Shown here: positions 57,141 to 64,000 of the stretch, piece by piece | How positions within the stretch are numbered: position 1 is the first letter of the stretch | Layout: the number at the start of each line of letters is the position of its first letter | Source: an archaeon | GTDB taxonomy: Archaea > Nanobdellota > Nanobdellia > Woesearchaeales > UBA9642 | Reading direction: 5' to 3' | Assembly (NCBI GenBank): GCA_020057295.1 | Contig: JAGVGF010000003.1 | Span: 128,001 to 192,000, forward strand | Length of the DNA stretch: 64,000 bases | The notes under the pieces: model-generated | Seen by the model: only the letters and a program-made list of their open reading frames with translations | What the model was told of the DNA's origin: nothing | The model's database searches: none | Program-made: the position numbers and the translations under genes

Positions 57141-60100
57141 ATGGTGAGGCACAATCTAGTAATAATATTAGTAATAGCACTGTTAGCTTTTAGCATATTT
57201 TCTATTAATGTATCTGGTACTAGTTTTAAAAATGATGATAAAAGATATCGTAATATAGAAGATAAAATAAGTAGCGAAGGATATGCTAATGTCATTATAG
57301 TTTTTGAAGATGAACAATCAAGTGAGCAATCGGTTAGTGATAGAGACACTAAAGGTAGATTATTGCATACAGCATCACAAGATATTCAAGATACACGTTA
57401 TATTCAAGACGTGCTTGTGTCGAATGTAAACGGATTTGATAAAAAATCTGATTTGGATATAATAAATGGTTATGCTGGAAAGTTAACTGTTCAAGGATTG
57501 AATGATTTAACAGTAAAGTCTAAAAATTCTGGTAAAAAATTTAAAGTTTATGAAGATAAAATATTGCATATTTTAGATGTAGATTCTAATACCCTGACAG
57601 ATCTTAATATAAGTACATCAGCTGTGAATGCAAATTATTCTTGGAATGTTATGAATATAACTGGAAGAAATATAAGTATAGCTGTGATTGATACAGGAAT
57701 ATATTATAATAATTCAGATCTTGGAGGATGTTACGGTAATGGTACTAATACTAGTTGTAGAGTATTTGATGGTTACGACTTCGTCAACAGCGACTATAAT
57801 CCTATAGATGACAACGGACATGGTACACATGTTGCTGGAATAATAGGAGCTAATGGAACAATTAAAGGAGTTGCTCCTGAAGTTACTATTTATGCATTAA
57901 AAGCTTGTAGTGTTGGAGGTTCATGTCTTACTTCAAATATACTTCAAGCAATTAGTTGGGCAGAAAATCATTCGATTAAAATAATTAGTATGTCTATTGG
58001 AGGATGGGTTTCTAATACTGATGAAGGAAATAGCGGTAAAGATCCTTTGTCTCTTGCTGTGGATAGCGCTTTCAATAATGGCATAGTTGTTGTAGTAGCT
58101 GGAGGAAATAGTGGTGCAGGAATATCTACTATAAATGCTCCTGGAGCTTCTGAAAAAGCTATAACTGTAGGAGCTGTTAACGATGCAGGAACTATAAGCA
58201 CTGGCGATGATACTGTAGCAAGTTTTAGTAGTTTAGGTCCTTCTGCATTTGGAAGATTAGATCCTGATATTACTGCACCGGGTGTTAATATTCAGTCAAC
58301 ACGTGCAGGAAATTTAACTCCTTCAAATTTTGTTTGTAATGGAAATTATTGTACTGCATCAGGAACAAGTATGGCTGCTCCTTTTGTTGCAGGAGCTGTA
58401 GCTTTATTATTAGAAAATTATCCTTCCTTGACACCTTCGCAGGTTAGAGCTATTATTATGCAATCTTCAAAAGATGTTTCTGGAAAAGTATTTCAGAAAG
58501 GAACAGGAGAACTAGATTTACAGAATTTGTTCCAATCACATGTTTATGCTAATGTACAATCAGCTAATCCTTACGGGATTAGTGTGATAAATGATAGATG
58601 GGAGTTTGTTATAACTCCTTATTCTACTAACTATGCAAATATTACTATAATAAACAATAATAATTATAATATTACTTTTAACACTTCTATAGATTCTATA
58701 AGTAATATGGAAAATTCTCAGACATTAAATATTTCACAATTACAATTACCCTTAAGTTTTAATGTGACCAATAGTAGTAATTATACTTTTATGATAAATT
58801 TTACATTGTCAAATTTCACTAGTATTTATGCTACAACTTATGGTGGAGCAATTATTCTTTCAGGACTTGGTAATAACGGTTCTAATAATATTACTAAAAC
58901 ATTACGCGTTCCTATAGTAATCACAGTTCCTATAATGAATTATGGATTATTGAGTAGAACAATGACTAATAATCCTAATAATGCTCCTTTAGATAATGAG
59001 GATGTATATTTCTACGCTTATTATAATAATAATTCCCGTAATCCTAAGGTTCAGATTAACTGGTCGAGTTCATCAAACGATTTACGTTTATATTTATATA
59101 ATTCTACAGGAGATTTTGATGTAAATTCTAAAACTCTGTTAACAACTACACAGTCTGTTAATACTTTTAAGAATGATGTTTTTAAGTGGTTTAGGATTGA
59201 TGGTTATGATTTTTCTCCACCAATAACATTTAATATTAATATTACAGAACTAGGAAATACTGCACCAACAATAGTAAATATTACTGATGTGAATGATACA
59301 TACAATTCTACAAATGGTTCAACTACTTTGTTAAGATTTTTACGTGGAACAAACATTACAATAAAAGTTAATTATACTGATAGTGATAATGATAGTGTTA
59401 CGGTATCATTGAACGATTCTAGATATAATTTAATCAATTCTTCAAATAATTATGCATTATATCAACTAGATTATAATTCAAGTCTTCCAAGCAATCACAC
59501 AGCACTTGTTACGTTGACAGACACTTATGGTGCATCTTCAACATATTATGTTAATATTTTATTATATACAACAATTAATATTCTAAGTTTTACGCCTTCA
59601 AACACAACAGTTTATGTGCGTAGAAATGACACCATTAATTTTACACAGTATACTACAGAATCTAATGCTTTAACATTATATTATTATTGGTTTATTAATA
59701 CAACATTGAACGCTACTACACAAAATTTTACTTTCAACACGACAGGATATGTCGCTACCAATTATAATATAACATTCACAGTATCCAATAATGCCTCGAT
59801 TAATACTACCAACGAAACTGTTACATGGAATGTTTTTATTGATGATCAAGGACCAACTGTAAATATAATAAGTCCTAATATAACACAAAATTATTCAAAA
59901 ATATATATTAATTATACTTCTACAGATTCTCTTTCTGGAGTATCATCATGCTGGTATTATATTAACATAACAAATACTTCAATCAATACCACTTCTGGTT
60001 CATGTTCTAATATCTCAATATATCTTCCTAATGGAGATTATACGCTGATTTTATATTCTAATGATACTGTAGGAAATGTAGGTTATAACAATTTAACATT

Positions 60101-61214
60101 TAACTTAAATGATACGGTTGCGCCAGTAATTACAAACCCTTTGCCTAGTGCAACGCAAAGTGCTGGTGTGATTAGCGTTACTTTAAGTGTGATTACAGAC
60201 GAAAATGCTACATGTAAATATAGCACAACGAATGTGAATTATTCTCTCATGACAGGTTCATTTACAGACTCTGTTACAAATCATTCTACGAGTTACAGTG
60301 TTGCTGACGGATCAACAAATACTATATTTGTACGTTGCAGCGATATGTCTAATAATTCCAATAATTTATCTACAAATATTTCTTTTAGTGTCAATAGTCC
60401 TGCGCCCGTTTCTACTTCGGGCGGTGGCGGTGGTGGAGGCGGTTCAATACAAAGATCTGTTGATACAATAACAAGTAGTATCGATACAGTACATGTGGGT
60501 GAGACAAGCATCGCTGTAGATAGTTCTACCATTCCATTAAGCAGGATATCTTTTGAAACAAACGATGTTGCAGAAAAAGTCAAATTCACAATTAGTAAAG
60601 TAAATTCTCCCGCAAATACTTATAGTGATAATAACAATAAAGTTTATGCATATGTTAGTGTTGATCATGTAAATCTTCCAGAGAGTATTGTAAAAAGTGC
60701 AAAAATATACTTCGATGTAACATCTGCATGGCTCTCAAATAATAATATAAATAAAGAATATGTGAAACTTGTAAGGTTTAATAATTATGATAGTACATGG
60801 AATGTTTTATCTACAGAATTATTGAACGAAGTTGATGGAAAATTATATTATGTTGCAAATAGTCCCGGATTAAGCTTATACGCTATAAGTTATCAATTGC
60901 CCGTAATTAATGATACAAGTGCTATAATTATTCCCAATATTACTACGGAAAATGTTACTCGAGATAATACTATAAGAATCCTTGACTCAAATAATTCTAA
61001 CGTTTCTAATAATCAGAAAACTAATAAACAGGTAAATAACTCTAATTTCTATACACAAATGGTTGTTGTTATATTGTTTAGTGTGTTTGTACTTGTATTG
61101 TTAGTAGGATTTATTGTGCGTCAAAGATCTACCAAAGAGTATGAGGAAGAAATTATTCGAGAAACAAATAATGAGCTTAAAAGCAGTAAGATGCCTCGAA
61201 ATAAAATGAAGTGA
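57141..61214 (+). CDS. Surface S8 subtilisin-like protease with Ig-like repeats, PGF-pre-PGF-like domain and C-terminal TM
   Basis: Signal peptide, propeptide, VIDTG / HGTHVAG / GTSMAAP triad, many N-x-S/T sequons, poly-Gly linker, SPGLSLYAI, C-terminal helix. Confidence 0.93.
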   Translation: MVRHNLVIILVIALLAFSIFSINVSGTSFKNDDKRYRNIEDKISSEGYANVIIVFEDEQSSEQSVSDRDTKGRLLHTASQDIQDTRYIQDVLVSNVNGFDKKSDLDIINGYAGKLTVQGLNDLTVKSKNSGKKFKVYEDKILHILDVDSNTLTDLNISTSAVNANYSWNVMNITGRNISIAVIDTGIYYNNSDLGGCYGNGTNTSCRVFDGYDFVNSDYNPIDDNGHGTHVAGIIGANGTIKGVAPEVTIYALKACSVGGSCLTSNILQAISWAENHSIKIISMSIGGWVSNTDEGNSGKDPLSLAVDSAFNNGIVVVVAGGNSGAGISTINAPGASEKAITVGAVNDAGTISTGDDTVASFSSLGPSAFGRLDPDITAPGVNIQSTRAGNLTPSNFVCNGNYCTASGTSMAAPFVAGAVALLLENYPSLTPSQVRAIIMQSSKDVSGKVFQKGTGELDLQNLFQSHVYANVQSANPYGISVINDRWEFVITPYSTNYANITIINNNNYNITFNTSIDSISNMENSQTLNISQLQLPLSFNVTNSSNYTFMINFTLSNFTSIYATTYGGAIILSGLGNNGSNNITKTLRVPIVITVPIMNYGLLSRTMTNNPNNAPLDNEDVYFYAYYNNNSRNPKVQINWSSSSNDLRLYLYNSTGDFDVNSKTLLTTTQSVNTFKNDVFKWFRIDGYDFSPPITFNINITELGNTAPTIVNITDVNDTYNSTNGSTTLLRFLRGTNITIKVNYTDSDNDSVTVSLNDSRYNLINSSNNYALYQLDYNSSLPSNHTALVTLTDTYGASSTYYVNILLYTTINILSFTPSNTTVYVRRNDTINFTQYTTESNALTLYYYWFINTTLNATTQNFTFNTTGYVATNYNITFTVSNNASINTTNETVTWNVFIDDQGPTVNIISPNITQNYSKIYINYTSTDSLSGVSSCWYYINITNTSINTTSGSCSNISIYLPNGDYTLILYSNDTVGNVGYNNLTFNLNDTVAPVITNPLPSATQSAGVISVTLSVITDENATCKYSTTNVNYSLMTGSFTDSVTNHSTSYSVADGSTNTIFVRCSDMSNNSNNLSTNISFSVNSPAPVSTSGGGGGGGGSIQRSVDTITSSIDTVHVGETSIAVDSSTIPLSRISFETNDVAEKVKFTISKVNSPANTYSDNNNKVYAYVSVDHVNLPESIVKSAKIYFDVTSAWLSNNNINKEYVKLVRFNNYDSTWNVLSTELLNEVDGKLYYVANSPGLSLYAISYQLPVINDTSAIIIPNITTENVTRDNTIRILDSNNSNVSNNQKTNKQVNNSNFYTQMVVVILFSVFVLVLLVGFIVRQRSTKEYEEEIIRETNNELKSSKMPRNKMK

Positions 61215-61218
61215 TATT

Positions 61219-61776
61219 ATGAGAATGTTCCTATCAATTAATTTAAGTAAAGAAATTGTTACAGAATTATCTAGGTTACAGCATGCTATACGAAGCAATT
61301 TATCCTCTGTAGATAAGTTGCTGCTTGTAAAGCCTGAATCTATTCATTTAACACTAAAATTCTTTGCAGATGTAGACAAGAGCAAATTACCTCAAATTCT
61401 TGAAGCACTACGATCTGTTGCTTTGAGTATAGAAAAATTTTCTATAGATACAGATAAATTAAACTATTTTACAGCACCAAACGGTAGACCACGAGTTGTG
61501 TTCTTATCATTTAAAAAATCTGTTCAATTATCAAAATTACATGAAGATATAGGATTGAAACTTGCACCATTAGGATTTAATAAAGATGAATTTAAATCGC
61601 ACGCGACTTTATTTAGGGTAAAATTCTTACGAGATAAATTCAGACTTATAGAGATATTAAAGCATGTAAAAGTCGAACCACTAAAACTAGAAATAAATTC
61701 AATAGAGTTATTTGAAAGTGTTCTAATGGAATCTGGTCCAACATATACTCTTGTTGAGAAATTTGAATTGAAATAA
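61219..61776 (+). CDS. thpR: RNA 2',3'-cyclic phosphodiesterase (2H family)
   Basis: MRMF, HLTLKF, HATLFR, S.L...GP.Y. Confidence 0.92.
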   Translation: MRMFLSINLSKEIVTELSRLQHAIRSNLSSVDKLLLVKPESIHLTLKFFADVDKSKLPQILEALRSVALSIEKFSIDTDKLNYFTAPNGRPRVVFLSFKKSVQLSKLHEDIGLKLAPLGFNKDEFKSHATLFRVKFLRDKFRLIEILKHVKVEPLKLEINSIELFESVLMESGPTYTLVEKFELK

Positions 61777-61815
61777 AGAGTAAACTATTTATATCCTTTT
61801 TCTAACATATTCCTT

Positions 61816-63147
61816 ATGAACTGGTATTTAGTTTTTTTCATATTGTATATTCTAATTGTTGTTATAATAGGTATAATCTCTTCCCGCAAAGAATCTGAAG
61901 ATGGATTCATGATTGCCGACCGTAAAGTTCAAGGATTTCAAGTTGCAGCCACAATGAGTGCAGGATTCTTCGATGGAGCAACGCTTGCGATTTACACAGC
62001 ATATATCTATATGTATGGACTGTCCGCCATTTGGTTATTTGTAGGTTTAGCTCTTGGTTTTTTGCTTGTTAAAAAATACGCTCCAATTATAAAGAAAAAG
62101 GCTGATAAACTAAAAGTATATTCTATGCCCGAATATTTTTATAAGGCATTTGGAAAAGATAACGGTCTGATGTTTTCCTTTTTTTTAATATTGCAATTCT
62201 TCTTGCTTTTGACAGTAAATTTGATAGTAAGTGGTAAGATTTTATCCATGATATTTCCTATATCATACAATTTAGCTGTTATAATCGGCGGAATCGTAAT
62301 ATTAACATACTTATTGTTAGCAGGATTCAAAGCTGTGATTAAGACGGATTTTTTTCAGTTAATGATAATGTTTCTTATGACACTTGGCGTTGCAATAATT
62401 TTATTTGGAGATATCAAAGCTATTCCAGTATCCGAATTCAATCTTACAAGTCTAGGAATTGGAAATATAATAGGTTTTCTTATAATTGCAGGCGTGGGTC
62501 TTTTAGTGGCACCAGATCTTTGGCAGAGGATATTTGCAACAAAAGATAGAAAAAATCTTGATAGAGGCCTCTCATACTCGTCAATAATAGTAATATTACT
62601 AGGGTTGCTACTTAGTATTATAGGTTTAATCACTAAAAATAATTTTCCAAATATAGCATCTGAAGACGCATTAGTGATAGGATTTTCTAGCTTATTACCG
62701 GCAGGAATTCTAGTAGCGCTTGGTATGGTTTTATTATATGCTGTAGCATTATCGTCATCAGATACAGCAACGTTTGTTGTATCTTCTATTGTGACAAGAG
62801 ATTTGAAAAATTATTCTAGAAAAAATTCTACTGAATCAATGAAAAAATTAACAAGAATATTTATGATGATTTTTGTTGCTCTTGCTGTAATTCTTGGAAT
62901 ATTTTATCAAAACGTTATGAGTCTAGGATTTTCTCTCGCAAGTCTTAATCTTGCATTAGTTCCTGTTGTCTTCGGATCATTTTACTGGAAATTAAAAGAA
63001 CGAGCAGTATTCTGGTCATTAATATTGGCATTTTTAAGCATCTTAATATTATTTATCTTTGGACAACTCGATCCACAAACTGCTGTAATATCACTGCCTG
63101 TAGCTTTGATATCGCTGTTTGTGTTGCAGAAGGTGTTTAAGAAATAA
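61816..63147 (+). CDS. Sodium:solute symporter family protein
   Basis: F.IADR, GFKAVIKTD..Q, WQRIFA, A.SS.D; about 13 TM helices. Confidence 0.9.
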   Translation: MNWYLVFFILYILIVVIIGIISSRKESEDGFMIADRKVQGFQVAATMSAGFFDGATLAIYTAYIYMYGLSAIWLFVGLALGFLLVKKYAPIIKKKADKLKVYSMPEYFYKAFGKDNGLMFSFFLILQFFLLLTVNLIVSGKILSMIFPISYNLAVIIGGIVILTYLLLAGFKAVIKTDFFQLMIMFLMTLGVAIILFGDIKAIPVSEFNLTSLGIGNIIGFLIIAGVGLLVAPDLWQRIFATKDRKNLDRGLSYSSIIVILLGLLLSIIGLITKNNFPNIASEDALVIGFSSLLPAGILVALGMVLLYAVALSSSDTATFVVSSIVTRDLKNYSRKNSTESMKKLTRIFMMIFVALAVILGIFYQNVMSLGFSLASLNLALVPVVFGSFYWKLKERAVFWSLILAFLSILILFIFGQLDPQTAVISLPVALISLFVLQKVFKK

Positions 63148-63153
63148 ACATAA

Positions 63154-63597
63154 TTATTTTCTGATATAGAATTCTTTTCTATTGTAGTTTTCTAGAACTT
63201 TAGCGCTTGGAAAATACATAGGGCTAGGAAGTTCTTTTAAATCAAACCATTTCCATTCTGTAATTTCGTCTGGTTCCATAACTTGTGGTTCTCCCTCGAA
63301 TTCTTCCGCAAATAGTCCTATTGTTATGAAATGTGCTGTTTCTATAATATCTTGATTAACACAAATCACTTTAACGTTCTTTAATTTTATTCCTGTTTCT
63401 TCAAGAACTTCTCTTGCAGCTCCTTCCTCAAATGTCTCTCCAAAATTTAATTTTCCACCAGGCATAGTCCATTTTCCTGCACCATTTAGTTGACTTGATG
63501 CTTTTTCTGGATCGTCATGTCTTTTTCCTAGTAGTATCTTACCATATCTTAGAATCATGACACCAAATCCTGCTCCTATTTTCTTTTTTTCTTCCAT
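63154..63597 (-). CDS. NUDIX hydrolase
   Basis: Nudix box GGKLNFGETFEEGAAREVLEETG. Confidence 0.93.
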   Translation of the reverse strand: MEEKKKIGAGFGVMILRYGKILLGKRHDDPEKASSQLNGAGKWTMPGGKLNFGETFEEGAAREVLEETGIKLKNVKVICVNQDIIETAHFITIGLFAEEFEGEPQVMEPDEITEWKWFDLKELPSPMYFPSAKVLENYNRKEFYIRK

Positions 63598-63603
63598 TTT
63601 AAC

Positions 63604-64000
63604 CTATATCTCTATCTTCTGTTCTCCAAACTCTAACTTCTTTACGTTATGTGCAGAAATAATGTCGTGTTGGATTGGTTTGAACTTCTCGTTGATAACA
63701 AGTCTTTGTACTTCGTCTTTCAAACTCTTGCCTTTTTCTTTCTTTGATTTCCATATGAAACTATTTAATTCTGAGATTTCATCTTTTGTTATATTTACAT
63801 CTGTATATAATTTCCATTCTTTAACAAATGGTTCGAAGTGAATGTCCTTACCGCGTATTTCTTTATAGATTTTGTATGTTATTAATGGCATGATTGGTGC
63901 AAGCATGTTTAACACTGAATCAAGTATTTTGTTTAATGAATATATTGCTGCATGTTGTTGTTCTTTTGTGAATTCTTTATTTTGATTATATGCTCTATTC
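63604..64000 (-). CDS. valS: Valine--tRNA ligase, C-terminal part (5' end outside the window)
   Basis: Frame stays open to the window end: NRAYN...AAIYSL...LAPIMPLIT...IH, a class Ia anticodon-binding domain of archaeal ValRS type. Confidence 0.75.
   Translation of the reverse strand, partial: NRAYNQNKEFTKEQQHAAIYSLNKILDSVLNMLAPIMPLITYKIYKEIRGKDIHFEPFVKEWKLYTDVNITKDEISELNSFIWKSKKEKGKSLKDEVQRLVINEKFKPIQHDIISAHNVKKLEFGEQKIEI

Noticed and set aside
60419-60443. GC-rich GGC/GGT tract
   Set aside because: It encodes the poly-Gly linker of the subtilisin and is not a separate element.
820-63841. Many short ORFs in the track that overlap longer genes (e.g. 820-1005, 2228-2485, 5679-6038, 25942-26142, 41875-42084, 44292-44762, 49489-49932)
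   Set aside because: They are antisense or alternate-frame shadows of well-supported genes and have no motifs of their own.
1-64000. CRISPR array, tRNA/rRNA genes, IS elements, integrase or prophage
   Set aside because: No regularly spaced repeats, cloverleafs, long GC-rich RNA genes, or transposase/integrase/capsid motifs were seen by eye.

Overview
AT-rich archaeal chromosomal segment, most likely DPANN/Woesearchaeota (inferred from archaeal information genes aIF5A, rpl40e, aRF1, Nop5/fibrillarin, HerA-Mre11 and Dph6, TATA-box promoters, and bacterial-type tgt and Pol II-like polB). I saw no rRNA, tRNA, CRISPR array or transposase. Housekeeping genes (asnS, cysS, 3' end of valS, pyrE/pyrF, trmJ, thpR, a Liv-type ABC importer with three binding proteins, a surface subtilisin) surround an unusual accessory region at about 22.6-36.7 kb. 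It holds two mirror-image loci. Each has a small DNA-binding gene (AbrB or RHH, both missed by the ORF track) coupled to a single-pass transmembrane kinase-like protein, and each converges on an AbrB-PhoU regulator. One kinase carries an extracellular, apparently inactive lytic-transglycosylase-like domain (candidate peptidoglycan sensor). The other lies downstream of two divergent secreted proteins that resemble bacterial outer-membrane beta-barrels. A shared palindrome (TTACTAC-N3-GTAGTAA) sits at their promoters. Also found: an unannotated C/D-box guide sRNA (7433-7502), a structured leader and an intercistronic hairpin in the liv cluster, a 112-bp duplicated RBS/lipoprotein-signal cassette, and several operator-like palindromes. 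All family calls come from motif recognition by eye, not from database searches.
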